Positions 20,749 through 32,200 of a stretch of DNA of 64,000 nt are shown in pieces. Made by a program: the position numbers and the translations under genes. This stretch comes from Carpediemonas membranifera BICM (Eukaryota; Protista; Fornicata), in contig JAHDYR010000053.1 of NCBI GenBank assembly GCA_019828565.1, positions 594,214 to 658,213 of the forward strand, in the 5' to 3' direction. The notes below the pieces were generated by a model. It was not told the DNA's origin, ran no database searches, and saw only the letters and a list, made by a program, of their open reading frames with translations. Numbering within the stretch: the first letter of the stretch is position 1; every line of letters starts with the position of its first letter.

Positions 20749-23208
20749 ATGTCAAGTCGGACAACATTAGACCGGGCTCATACTCTTTTCATGAGCTCTG
20801 ACGAAGCACTTCTTCGGAAGAATTTGAATGCTATTGACAAGAAGGTTCAGCTGAAGGCACTCAAGCAGTTGACTCAGCAGTTTTCAGCTGGCAGCGACTG
20901 CTCTGCTTATTTCCCCGATGTCATTAAGCTTGTGGCCACCAACAACGTGATCATGAAGCGTCTGTCTTACATGTTCATCGCTCAGTACTCCGAAGCCCAC
21001 CCAGATGTCGCCATCATGTGCTTCAACATCTTCCAGAAAGAGCTCACCGAAAACAAGGATCAACTCATCCGCGCCATGGCTCTCCGCACCATGAGCAACA
21101 TGCGTGTCCTCGACATCCAACATCTCGTGGTCATGTCCATCGAAAAGGCTGCGTCTGACCCCTCTCCATTCGTCCGGAAGACGGCGGCCCAAGCTGCGGT
21201 GAAGGTCCACCAGTACGACCCCACGCACGACGAGGAGCTCATCCCCGTCATAGAGCAGCTCTTCAAAGACAAGTTCGCCACTGTCCTTGGCTCCACGGCC
21301 GCGGCGTTCAACCTTGTCTGTCCCCACATGTTTGAGATCATCCATCCCCACTTCAAGAAGCTCTGCCAGCTCGTAGCCGACTGTGATGAGTGGTCGCAGA
21401 TTGAGATTATCAAGCTCCTCACCAAATACGCCCGTAACCAGTTCGCCGACCCCCTCACCCTGGCTGACGCCAAGGAGGAGGACGGTGAGGAGGCCAAGGC
21501 ACCCGAGAAGGAAGGCGACTTCTTCGACGAGTCTGCCAACACCCACGAGCTCTCAGCCGACCACCGCCTCCTCCTCCGCGGCATCCGCTGGCTCCTCCGC
21601 TCCCGCAACCCCGGCGTGGTCCTCGAGGCCGTCCAGTTCCTCTACTACTGCGCCCCTAGGTCTGTCGGCACGGACATCGCACTCCCTCTCATCCGCCTAC
21701 TCCACCACAACAACGAGACCGACTTTTATGTCCTCTCGACCATCAGGACGCTTGCTGGGACCCACCCCCACTTGTTCCAGCCCTACCTGACCTTCTTCTA
21801 CGTCCGCATCACTGATGACAGGTCTGTTCGCGACCTTAAACTGCGTCTTTTGACGACCCTGGCGGATGAGGAGACGTTCCCCGGCATTCTTCGCGAGTTC
21901 AAGGCCTGCTGCTCCTCACTCGACCCTGTCTTCGCCTCTGACGCCATCGCCGCCATTGGCCGCATGGCCGTCGCCGTCCCCATCACAGCAAATGACTGCA
22001 TCACGACTCTGTTCACCCTCCTCCACCGCCCCGACACCGTCAACGCCTCCACGGACGCCCTCCGCTACGTCGCCCTCTCCCCGGCCGTCGAGGACTCTTC
22101 CTTCTCAGTTCCAACCATGGTCCGCCGCCTCGCCAAGATCCTGGCGGGCGACATCCCCTCTGACACGAAGGCCGCCATCCTCGGGCTGCTGTGTGAGCGC
22201 ATGGCCGACGCCACGGACGTCTGTCCCGATGTCCTCCGCTCTCTCTGCGCCGACCTCCCCCGCGAGTCTGACGATGTCAAGCTCCAGGTGCTCAACCTCG
22301 TCTCTAGAGTCTACCTCAAGTCCGCCGATGTCGCCGACGCCGTCGTCCGCAGATACTCGGAGCACGCTGACAAGCTCTGGGCGCAATATGACTCCCTTTC
22401 CAAGTCTAAGAAGAAGAAGACCGCTGAGCCTGCCGTACCGCGTCTCGACGCCATGGCTGAGGGCGAGATGACCGGCAAGGTGATCGAGCAGATCCGGCTG
22501 ATGTTTGAGTACATCACGGCCGTTCTTCAGTACGACTCGTACGACATCAGGTCTAAGCTGCGTCTCATCACTTCTCTCGTGGGCAAGGACGGTATGGACG
22601 AGCTCATGGGCACGAGCACGACGCCCACCGTCTCAGTCCACGACGTGCAGAACATCTTCTTCGCTGTGAGACCCGCGATCGACTACGGCGTGACTGCGGA
22701 CTCGGGCGATTACCGCTTTGGTACCGTCACCAGCGTCATTGGCCGCCCCGCTCTGGGATATGAGAGGCTTGAGGCCTGGCCCGAGGTGCCCCCGGATCCG
22801 TCAGTCCGCGTGGTCGTCGAGGAGCCCAAGTTTGAGCCAGCTCCCCCCGTTGAGTCGGCCGAGTCGTCGTCGAGCGATGAGGAGGAGACGCACCACCGTC
22901 ACCACCACGAGAAGAAGCACGAGAAGAAGGCACAGGACGACGATGACTTCTGGGGGTCTATTACTGGCGACGTGAAGCCCCAGCAGAAGACGCCCGAGTC
23001 TGACTCCGAATATGACTCACAGTACGACTCCCAATATGACTCGGAATACGACTCGCAGTACGACTCGGAGAGCTCGGACGATGCTAGGCCCGCGCCAACC
23101 CAGACAGTGTCGGCCCCGATCCCGAGCAAGCCGGCTGCCGCTCCCGCGCCGATGTCGGCCGCACCCCCTAAGAACGCGCTCGACGACTTGCTCAATGGTC
23201 TGTTTTAG
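20749..23208 (+). CDS. AP3B: AP-3 adaptor complex beta subunit
   Basis: YFPDVIK, N.FQKEL, IRAMALR.MS.MRV, D.SPFVRKTAA, IHPHFKKLC..V.D.DEWSQ, DHRLLL, SYDIR; acidic hinge, no ear domain; start 20749 or 20791. Confidence 0.92.
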   Translation: MSSRTTLDRAHTLFMSSDEALLRKNLNAIDKKVQLKALKQLTQQFSAGSDCSAYFPDVIKLVATNNVIMKRLSYMFIAQYSEAHPDVAIMCFNIFQKELTENKDQLIRAMALRTMSNMRVLDIQHLVVMSIEKAASDPSPFVRKTAAQAAVKVHQYDPTHDEELIPVIEQLFKDKFATVLGSTAAAFNLVCPHMFEIIHPHFKKLCQLVADCDEWSQIEIIKLLTKYARNQFADPLTLADAKEEDGEEAKAPEKEGDFFDESANTHELSADHRLLLRGIRWLLRSRNPGVVLEAVQFLYYCAPRSVGTDIALPLIRLLHHNNETDFYVLSTIRTLAGTHPHLFQPYLTFFYVRITDDRSVRDLKLRLLTTLADEETFPGILREFKACCSSLDPVFASDAIAAIGRMAVAVPITANDCITTLFTLLHRPDTVNASTDALRYVALSPAVEDSSFSVPTMVRRLAKILAGDIPSDTKAAILGLLCERMADATDVCPDVLRSLCADLPRESDDVKLQVLNLVSRVYLKSADVADAVVRRYSEHADKLWAQYDSLSKSKKKKTAEPAVPRLDAMAEGEMTGKVIEQIRLMFEYITAVLQYDSYDIRSKLRLITSLVGKDGMDELMGTSTTPTVSVHDVQNIFFAVRPAIDYGVTADSGDYRFGTVTSVIGRPALGYERLEAWPEVPPDPSVRVVVEEPKFEPAPPVESAESSSSDEEETHHRHHHEKKHEKKAQDDDDFWGSITGDVKPQQKTPESDSEYDSQYDSQYDSEYDSQYDSESSDDARPAPTQTVSAPIPSKPAAAPAPMSAAPPKNALDDLLNGLF
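23002..23070 (+). repeat. In-frame 12-bp tandem repeat (DS[EQ]Y x ~5.75) in the AP3B hinge
   Basis: gactccgaatat gactcacagtac gactcccaatat gactcggaatac gactcgcagtac gactcggag. Confidence 0.85.
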
Positions 23209-23301
23209 AGGAATAAACAAATAATATTCTGCCTGTTTTGTTAAATTCCGGCATCAGCTTTAATTCTTGACTTCACCACAAAAGCACACGAAGCAAAAAA
23301 T

Positions 23302-23433
23302 ATGGGTGGGAAGCCATCTAGCTGCAATGAGATGAACTACGAGAGCCAAGGGTTCACCGATGACGCGTTCAACGCAGAGATCATGCCTCCCCCGGTTGCT
23401 TCCACCAACAGCCGGATGATCGGCGCTTTTTAG
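23302..23433 (+). CDS. Candidate 43-aa N-myristoylated micropeptide
   Basis: MGGKPSSCNEMNYESQGFTDDAFNAEIMPPPVASTNSRMIGAF*; A-rich leader; G2/S6 motif; below the ORF-track cutoff. Confidence 0.45.
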   Translation: MGGKPSSCNEMNYESQGFTDDAFNAEIMPPPVASTNSRMIGAF

Positions 23434-24148
23434 GCTATATTAGCCGATAAATCGATCAGACAGTGCATATATATGCCAAGAAATGAAATAGTATGTTATA
23501 TTTGCTCCAGAGAGCCTGATTACATCCACAACATCTGGGATACGGATGCCTGCAGAGACAAAATCTGTGACTCACTCCCACTTTGGTCGATGATGTGTGG
23601 GTCCGGCTCGAGTGTTTTGAACTTGGTCTGCGCGACAAAAAGCTGCGTTTGCTTCATGCGGTGTGCATTGGCAGTTTGACTCGATCCAGGATGATGACAA
23701 TGGCACGTCAGCCAGGACCATGCGAAGTAATTGGGTTGGATGTGAACCATCTTGTTGTGAAGGCGAAAGCTGGGCGGCATTGCTATTGGACCAGTCTTGT
23801 GTGCCACGGATTAATCTGTCCTTGATCTTCAAACCACGCAGTCGAGAATGCATGGCAGACCAATGTAGGTTGCCCGAGGTCTCTCGAGTCATCCAGCTTG
23901 TACTTCTCATAGTCCTAGAGAGTATCAGGACATCGTCACGCTGGTCCGGCCGGTGAGGCTGACCCATCAAGACTTGCACTCCTGGCCGGATGTCAAACTG
24001 TCGAATTTCATAAAGCTCCACAGAGGTAACATTGCAATACAATGCCCCTATAGGACCAGCCGATGTTCTCCTTACGACACCCATGCCGTCGTTCTCAAGA
24101 TGGTGCATTTTATGCGCAAGAATCCTCGCTGCCGAAATCTCGAGGCTT

Positions 24149-25033
24149 ATGACGGAAAACGACAGCATTAACACAACTCCTTCACCTGTCGCGCCACTGA
24201 GCATGGATGAGCTGCCCACAGATCTCGATGAGCTGAAGAAGATGATTCTTGAAGAGCGTGAGGCTAGGATTGCTGCAGACGAGCGTGTTCAGGCTGTAGA
24301 AGAGGAAAGCTCAACGCTGCAAGATACAGCACGCACAATTCTTGAGGATATGAACAAGTTCCGAGGCAGTCTGGAGAAGAGTATGGCGCAGCAGGGAATC
24401 CTCTCCGTGGACCTCGCTGCTGCCAGAGAGCGTGAAAGCGCGCTCAGTGGCGAAATTGTGGTCCTCCAGCGTGAAATTGAGGCAAAGGAGGTCCGTATTG
24501 CAGACGCCGAGCGCCAGCTTGAGGAGCTCATTAGCCACAGTAACGGAGAGAGCGAACGCATCGCACAGGCGTGCGAGGCTCTCATCAAGGCCGCCCTGGC
24601 TGAACACGAGGTAGCTGAGACAGCTCAGGCTGCAGTGAACGAGGTTTATGGCCAAATGGACGAGATCTCCGCCGTTGTCGGGGTGGAAGTTCCCGAAAAC
24701 TCAGTGCAGCCAACCCAGCAGAATCCAGTCGCCTCTCCGTCATCCACGATGAAGCTTCAGGCCTCAGAGCCCCGCCCAGTGCCCCTAGAGGTCATCCAGG
24801 CCCGGACTGGGAGCATGAAGCAGCTCGATACGCTGACCCCCATTGCCCACACACCGGTAGCAGTTGGCATGCTTGGACAGTCTTTGCTTCGGTCCCGGAC
24901 GACGCCGTTTATTCCTGATTCGCCTACTTCTTCGGCTCCGATCAAGCAAGGACGGATAGATAGGCCCCGGAAGCCAACTAGCGGGAGCCCGACCGTGTTG
25001 CCGCCGGCTATGAGCCCGGTTAGGAAGCACTGA
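24149..25033 (+). CDS. Coiled-coil protein of unknown function
   Basis: Heptad-rich core, Pro/Ser tail; GTGCATTTTATG ~35 nt upstream, TGTAAA just after stop. Confidence 0.75.
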   Translation: MTENDSINTTPSPVAPLSMDELPTDLDELKKMILEEREARIAADERVQAVEEESSTLQDTARTILEDMNKFRGSLEKSMAQQGILSVDLAAARERESALSGEIVVLQREIEAKEVRIADAERQLEELISHSNGESERIAQACEALIKAALAEHEVAETAQAAVNEVYGQMDEISAVVGVEVPENSVQPTQQNPVASPSSTMKLQASEPRPVPLEVIQARTGSMKQLDTLTPIAHTPVAVGMLGQSLLRSRTTPFIPDSPTSSAPIKQGRIDRPRKPTSGSPTVLPPAMSPVRKH

Positions 25034-25256
25034 GATTGTAAACTGTGTTATTAGCCGAGCGCTTGAATACGTGGGGCCTCTTGGATGATGGTAAAGAGCT
25101 GGAGGCGCATTCAATGAATAACCTTGAGGATTCATGTCATTGTTCTAGCCTGGAGAAGGTTGTTACATTCCTTGCTCGGTCATGCCCACCCTGGATATGT
25201 TTGCGAGCATTTTATGGCCTAAGCTGCACCCTTTGCTCAGCGGTGGCGTACAGCGC

Positions 25257-26267
25257 ATGGCGACAAACGTATGGGTAACTGCTGTGAAGAATAAGTCGAA
25301 GATTGAGTATCTTGTTGTGGATACGAACACGTTCATCGAGAAGGTTCAGTTCCACACGATTGGTGAGCGCATCTACACCACGCCCACAGTGATCGCTGAG
25401 ATCAAGGACACTAGAGCCCGCCAGTGGCTCGATTCTCTCCCCATCGAGCTCATCGTGGAGAAGCCCACAGCCGAGTCGATTGAAGCCGTTACCAACTTCG
25501 CTGCCAAGACTGGCGACCTCGGTTCCTTCCGATACAGCATCGCTGACCTGCACATTCTCGCCTTGACGTACCAGCTCGAGGCCAGACTCAAGGGTACCAC
25601 CGAGCACCTCCGCAAGGAGCCACACAAGAGGAGCCGGCCCATTTCAAAGACCCTCGCCGCCGCAGACGTCGCTGAGAAGGAGATGCCTGACGACAAGGAC
25701 GATACTGACACTCCCGCCCCCGCCGAGTCCGCTGAGGAGCCCAAGAAGGTCCTGACCAAGCCATCTATCGGCATGATGACCAAAGATTTCGCCATGCAAA
25801 ACGTGGGCGCCCAGATGGGCCTCAAGGTTGTTGGTGTCAACGGGAACGTCATCCGCCGTGTCCGTAAGAACGTTCTCCGCTGCCATGCCTGCTTCACCAT
25901 CGTCAACGACACTACTGAGCGCTTCTGCCCCTCTTGCGGCAAGGGTGACACTCTAGTCAAGATAGGCGTGAAGATAGACCAATGGGGCGTTCCCCACTAC
26001 TTCAAGGGCCCCCGTATCAGCGGCAAGGGCACGAACCAGCCCCTCCCCAAGCCAAGAGGCGGGCCCAAGCATCAGGAGTTCATCCTGAGCGCGGATGTTG
26101 ACCCCGAGTTCAACAGCAAGGGGAGGATGAAGCAGAAGGAGCGCAAGGCTATGCTGCAGGACGACGGGATCTCGTTCTTTGAGCTGGATGCTAAGGGTCC
26201 TGCTGCCCAGCGCAAGTCGAGGCGGACGGAAGAGGAGCGGCGCGGCAGGAGGGCTCAGCGGAGGTAA
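25257..26267 (+). CDS. NOB1: 20S pre-rRNA D-site endonuclease NOB1
   Basis: PIN motif LVVDTNTFI, EIKD, KTGDL, D..ILALTY, T.DFAMQNV, zinc ribbon LRCHACF...FCPSCG. Confidence 0.95.
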   Translation: MATNVWVTAVKNKSKIEYLVVDTNTFIEKVQFHTIGERIYTTPTVIAEIKDTRARQWLDSLPIELIVEKPTAESIEAVTNFAAKTGDLGSFRYSIADLHILALTYQLEARLKGTTEHLRKEPHKRSRPISKTLAAADVAEKEMPDDKDDTDTPAPAESAEEPKKVLTKPSIGMMTKDFAMQNVGAQMGLKVVGVNGNVIRRVRKNVLRCHACFTIVNDTTERFCPSCGKGDTLVKIGVKIDQWGVPHYFKGPRISGKGTNQPLPKPRGGPKHQEFILSADVDPEFNSKGRMKQKERKAMLQDDGISFFELDAKGPAAQRKSRRTEEERRGRRAQRR

Positions 26268-26517
26268 ACATTGCGGATTAGTGGGTTGGGACTGATAAAG
26301 CATTGGACTCGGTTAGGTCCTGGGGCTGGGTCTTTATGTCCTGGTCATGTGGACTCAGAATGCTTCGCCTTGGGCGTCGTCCTGGCCCAAAGGTCGTCAT
26401 AGCGACGGCTCGAGTAGTGCGCAGGTGTCTTTGGATGCGAACAGTTGGACTCTTAGCTTGTATACATGATTTCAATGTATACGTGTAATCGGCTGGCGAG
26501 CTTATCCTCATCCTCCA

Positions 26518-27943
26518 ATGAAGGTCAAGCCCTTGTCGCGTAACACTGACGAGTACGTCAAGCAGAACAAGGAGGATAAGGACCGTGTTCGGAGGAGTAT
26601 CAATCCCGAAGGTACGTTATTCTATGCCCCTTTACTCAGTTCATCCCATGCAGCAAGCCAGAGAACTCCAACGTGCCGTCAACGCCGCCAAGATGGAGAG
26701 GATGTTTGCGAAGCCCTTCGTGGCTGCCTTAGATGACCATACCGACGCCATCTCTACCCTTTCCAAGCACCCCGGTAGCGTTCAAACTTTCATCTCAGGC
26801 TGCTACGACGGGCAAGTCAAGGTATGGAACCTCCACGACCGTGTCTGCACCCACACTATCGATGCACACAAGCACGTCGTCACTGGTTCATGTTTCATCC
26901 CCGCCGAGGTCGAGGCTGGCGTCTCGAACCTCTTTATGACCTGCTCCGCCGATAAGACCGTCAAGATCTGGTCTCTGCCTAACACCGGCGACGAGTACAC
27001 CTCCAGCCTGTCCAAGATCAGCGAGGCCCGCTCCATCTTCACTGCCGACGAAGGCCTCCGGTGCATCGACCACCACTTCTCTAAGGACATGTTCGTCACC
27101 GGCGGGAGCGTCGCCCAGCTGTGGGACCACGCCTCCGATAAGCCGATAAGCCGCTACGGCGCCGAGTCCGGCATCCCTGCCTCTCCTGTACTCTCGATCG
27201 CCTTCAACCAGGCCGAGCGTGACTCGTTCGTCTGCGCCACTGCGGATAACAGGATCACACTCTTCGACACACGTGCTAGCTACAGCGATCGTGCAGGCAA
27301 GGTTGTCGGCTTCACTCAGCTCCAGAACGTGACGAACATGGTCAAGTGGAACCCGTACCAGCCTAACAACTTTGTAGCCGCCTGTGACGACGGCAACCTC
27401 TACACATACGACAGGCGCATGCTCGGAGTGCACAGGAACGTCCACAAGGGCCACGTGCTCTCCGTCATGGCGGTGGACTTTTCCCCTACCGGCCGCGAGT
27501 TCGTCTCAGCTTCGTACGACAACACTGTTCGTCTGTGGGACGCGGACAGCGGCACAAGCAGGGATACGTACCACGGAAGGCGTATGAACCTTGTCCGCGC
27601 GGTGTGCTACTCCATGGACAGCAAGTACGTCATCAGCGGCAGCGACGACGCTAACATCCGTATATGGAAGGCAAACGCCTCGGCCAAGGTTGGGCCCGTG
27701 AAGGCAAGAGAGAGAGATGCCATCAAGTACCGTAAGGCGCTCACTGATAAGTTCAAGCACGTCGAGGAGGTCAGCACCATCCTCAACAATAGACACTTGC
27801 CGAAGAGAGTCCAGGCAATCAGGAAGCAGAACGCGGAGATCTTGACCACGAGGCGGCGGAAGGAGAAGAATGTGCGGGCGAATCGGAAGAAGGAGGTCGA
27901 GACGGTGCCTGAGAGAAAGGCGCATATACGGGATAGCATGTAA
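26518..27943 (+). CDS. SOF1: SOF1/DCAF13 WD40 U3 snoRNP protein; two exons (26518..26611, 26640..27943)
   Basis: MKVK.LSR; splicing restores NPEVHPMQQARE; KMERMFAKPF, DFSPTGREFVSASYD, SGSDDANIRIWKA. Confidence 0.95.
26612..26639 (+). other. 28-nt GT-AG spliceosomal intron
   Basis: gtacgttattctatgcccctttactcag; removal joins two frames into conserved Sof1 sequence. Confidence 0.9.
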
Positions 27944-28063
27944 CTGTGTAAATGTTTGCGGATATGGGCCAGACTGTTGTTTCCCAGAGAGAATTACATA
28001 ACCACGCGTAAAAAGTAAATGCCAAACTGGGGAGAATCCCGAGGTTGTGAAACGTCTCAACCG

Positions 28064-29050
28064 ATGAATGCTGAGCATAAAGCATTGGTCATAGAAGCTT
28101 ACGGGTGGATAAGGAAACATTCTTTCATCAACGTGGAGCAAATACCGGACATGGGGCAGTGTTTCGAGCGTTGGCTCAAAGATATCACAGAGGACGAGTT
28201 CATGCGCCGTTTAGCCGTTCATTTTACTTTTGGAAACGCAGTAGGCAAGGTATTTCAGCTCAAGGAGCTTCGGGAGCATCTCTATGCGGCCACATACGCC
28301 GTTGCCTACTCCGCCGGAAAAACCGCCGAGTCCAGGAGGGTTGAGGATCACGTCGAAAAGCAGGTTGAGAGCCTTATATCCCTCACGTTCATCCGACCGT
28401 GCTTCAAGGCGGCCGGGACAATTTACTATGAAACCAACCTCCACCACACCATCAACGCAGAGGCTACAAAGTTCAAATTCGACCACCATATGAGCTCTCC
28501 GCCTGTACCGTACGAGGGGACGCTCCCATTTGGACTCTGGAGCAAAGAAGGGACAGGTGTACCGCTAACGCAGGAGGAGATCGACACAATTGCCCCGTAT
28601 GTCGACGAGGACGCTGACGGTCGGAGTAGAGGGGCACGGAAGACTGCTCAGCTGTGCCATGACGTGAAGATGGAGCTGCGGAGAGGAGGTAAGACCCGCG
28701 ACGACCTGGCGAGGGCAACAGACCATGCCCGCCAGCGCGTCTGCACTGTCATCACAGTTTATAAGGCGATCAACCTGGTCAAGTCAGGCCCCGCCGGGCT
28801 GAAGAACACGCTCGAGTGGAGCGACAGCGCCCACCGTCGGTTGTGCGACCCAGGCCTTGCAATGTCCGAGCTTATCGACATGCGGCGCCACGCCTCTCTC
28901 ATGCGGGACGAAGTGAGGCATGCACAGCGTCTAGCGAACCTCAAGCGATACCTCGGCAGGGTAACCACTGAACCACCGCAGGAGGTGTCTCTTCTACTCC
29001 GGGAGCCGTCGAAAGACCAGTACAGGGGGTGGCGGGGCCCAGCAGGATAG
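28064..29050 (+). CDS. Protein with divergent E2F/DP-like winged helix and following coiled coil
   Basis: 'RKTAQLC...DDLA...RQRVCTVITVYKAINLV...KNTLEW' parallels E2F 'KSLGLL...RRIYDITNVLEGIGLI...KN.IQW'. Confidence 0.5.
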   Translation: MNAEHKALVIEAYGWIRKHSFINVEQIPDMGQCFERWLKDITEDEFMRRLAVHFTFGNAVGKVFQLKELREHLYAATYAVAYSAGKTAESRRVEDHVEKQVESLISLTFIRPCFKAAGTIYYETNLHHTINAEATKFKFDHHMSSPPVPYEGTLPFGLWSKEGTGVPLTQEEIDTIAPYVDEDADGRSRGARKTAQLCHDVKMELRRGGKTRDDLARATDHARQRVCTVITVYKAINLVKSGPAGLKNTLEWSDSAHRRLCDPGLAMSELIDMRRHASLMRDEVRHAQRLANLKRYLGRVTTEPPQEVSLLLREPSKDQYRGWRGPAG

Positions 29051-29225
29051 GGAGTTAAGCGGGCATGGCTTGTACGGCGTTATAAATCGCGGACTGTTTG
29101 CAGGGCTGGGGCTTTGCGGCTGGGACAGCGCAATGCAGCCGCGGTTAAGTGTTCTTACGTAGCCCGCAGCATCCACAAGGGCCCTTCCTTCACTATGTAA
29201 AACAATTTACAACACACTCTGCCAG

Positions 29226-32200
29226 TCACATAAATCTGCCAAGAGCTGACAGCAGACTCCGCGCCACTCTGCCCAGCACCCCGCATACGCTACAAGACAC
29301 ATGCTTCTCATCCTCTTGCTCTATATCTTTTGCGACGGGCACGTTCAGATCAATCCCGGGGACAGCCACCAGCATCTCGACGATGGCTGTATAATCTCGG
29401 GCTATGGCTTGGCTGAGGGGCGACTCTCCATTGGGTCGAGACAGGTTCGGGTCGGCCCCGGCGTCGAGCAGGAGCTTGACGCAGGCCGTATGGCCCTCAA
29501 TACAGCTTCCCAAGAGGGCGGTGGACCCGTCTTCGTCCTGAGTGTCTAAAACTGCACCAGCCTGCGTAAGCCTGTTAACAACGTAAGTATGTCCCTTCAC
29601 GGCGGCAGCAAGGAGAGGGGTCTGGCCCTCGTTGGAGGGAAGGTCCAGATTGGCTCCATGCCTGATCAAAAGATTAATGCACTCGACCTGGGAGGTGATG
29701 GAGGCGACGAAAAGTGGAGTGAGTCCGAGATCATCCGACTGATTAACTAGCTCCGGCACAGTATCGAGGAGGATCTTAAGAATACTAACATGGCCATGGC
29801 CGGCTGCGAGGTAAATTGGGCTACATCCCCTTCTACCAAGGGCGCGGCAGTCTGCCCCGTAGTGGAGCAGCGCTGATACGATCTCCTGGTCTCCATCAGC
29901 CAATGCTGCGCAGAGGGGTGAGTCACCTTCTGAGTCGGGCAGATTAACGTCAGCACCAGTCGCTAATAGTGCGCGTACGGCGGCACCATGGCCCTGGACA
30001 ACAGCCTCCATGAGCGCTGACCTCCCGTTATCCGCCTGTGCATTGATCTCAGCCCCATTCTCCACGAGCAGCTTGATGAGGGCCGTGTTGTTCCGGACGG
30101 TGGCGATATAGATCGCCCTAACTCCATCAGCCCGGGCGACGTTGCAGTTAGCCCCTGCCTCAAGCAGGACTCTGGAACTCTCGACTCGGCCGTAGAAACA
30201 GGCCAGCATGAGGGCTGTATCACCGTCTGCGTCCTGGGCGTTGATGCTCGCCCCAGCGCTGAGTAGAAGCTTGATGCACTCTGTGTTGTTGCGCTCTGCG
30301 GCGACAATAAGAGGAGTTCTGGAGTCATCGCTGGCCAGGTTACAGTCGGCGTGGTGTTGCAGCAGGAGTCGGCACGTCTCCACGCTGTTGAAGAGGCTGG
30401 CAGCGAAGAGGGGGGACCTACCACCGTTGTCAACGTAGTTCAGCAGCTCGGGCTTCTTCTCGAGGATATAGTGCACAATGTCGACCGCGTCATGCTCTGC
30501 AGCGAGATACAAAGCACTGAATGCCTGGCCTGACTGACCAACGACTTTGAGACAGTCTGCCCCCGCCTCTACGAGCAGCTTGACGGCCCTGGTGTCCATA
30601 CAACAGATGGCCAGGCCCAAAGGCGTGTCGCCAGTAGAGTCGGTCGAGTTCAGGTCGGCCCCCGCAGAAATGAGGCGCTCAACCATCTCAACCTGACCTG
30701 TGCGGCAGGCAACAGCAAGGGCAGTCTCGTTAATACTATCGGCAGCGTTGACGTTGCAGTCTACGCGGCTGAGAATCGCCTCGACGACCTTATGCAACCC
30801 GGCGTCGACGGCAACGAACAGAGGTGGCTCGGAACTGCGCCTCGTGACGGTCAAATCCGCACCCTTCTCCACACAAACCACGGCCGTCTTCTCATGCTGA
30901 CCCACAATGGCTCTGATCAGGGGCGTGTCACCATCCGCGTCCACGACGTTCAGGTCGGCCCCCGCATCAATGAGTATCTCAGCAGCAGAATCAGACCCTG
31001 CCTTGCACGCGTGTCCGAGGAGCGACACGCCTTTGTACGTCGCGGTCGGCAGCACACCGGCACTGATCATCTTACGAGTCCTACTGCCATCGTTATTGAC
31101 GGCCGCCACAAATGCCTGGTGTAGCTGGCGGTTGGGTGGGCCTGCAGGCTCGACCGGCTCCTCTCGCACCTCAAGGCCCTCGATGCCAGACATGACCCGG
31201 AAGTAGTTAGATATGACGAAGACTGGGTCATCGTCGAAGTCACGGTCGGGTCCTCTTGATCTCTTGCCCTCGTTATCATCACCAGCGCCGTCCTTCCGCT
31301 TGCGCGGTGCACTCAACCCCTGCTCCAAGATGGAATAGAATCTCCTCTGTCGACCGTGGCGGGCGGCTTCGAGTCTGGCCAATTCGACTTCCACGGTGTT
31401 GGTGTCTGCGTCAAGAGCTTTCCCATTAGCCCGCGAGACCTGCTTTCTGGCAGCCACGTTCAGGACCTCTCCGGAACGGAAAGAGACATGCGGCTTCTTC
31501 AAGATACGTTTGGTAGTTGCTTTCACGTCCATATCGGCCTCTGGGACGACGCCGAGCAGGGCAAGGACGAAATCAAGGGCCGCAACGGATCCTTCGGCGC
31601 AACTGCGAGCCAGGTGCATCTGATAGTTCTCCTCTCGACTGAACGCGATATCTCCAGGTTTTGACTCCTCGGCAGTCACCCCTTCCGGTAGAATCGAGTC
31701 AAGGCTAACTTCAATATCGTCGTCTACCTCACCAGGTGCATCAGCTTGACGGATGATGAGGTCGGTCTTGCTGGGGGGGTGGGTAATGTGGTCTCGAACA
31801 TCGGCCTCGAGAGTGATGATTTCCGCCTCAATCGCCGCGATGTTGGCATCGATCGTGGCAATCTCGTGCTTGAGCATTTTCTTCTTCAACGACTTCCGAT
31901 CGTCGGCATTCAACTTCAGTGACTTTGAAGCTTTGATGCGAAAGTCGAATCTTTCTGGCATACACCAGGCAATCTGGGCTATTGGCCGACGGTCCAGGCG
32001 ACGGTCGAGGTAGTGGATAAGAGACATGAGCGTTGTCAGCTTGCTGCGAACGAATGCTAGACGCTCGGCACGGGCGAACTTCTCGGCCAGGAGATCAGAA
32101 ACCGATGGTTGCTTGGGCTTCCTTTTCTGCTTCTCTCGGCCATTGGAAGGGCCCGGCTCCGCTGGCCCCGAGTCATTTGGGCGATCGACGCGGTCAACTT

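Noticed and set aside
23456-24219. 215-aa minus-strand ORF and nested ORFs
   Set aside because: No recognisable motif or consistent coding pattern; overlaps the start of the 24149 gene; left uncalled.
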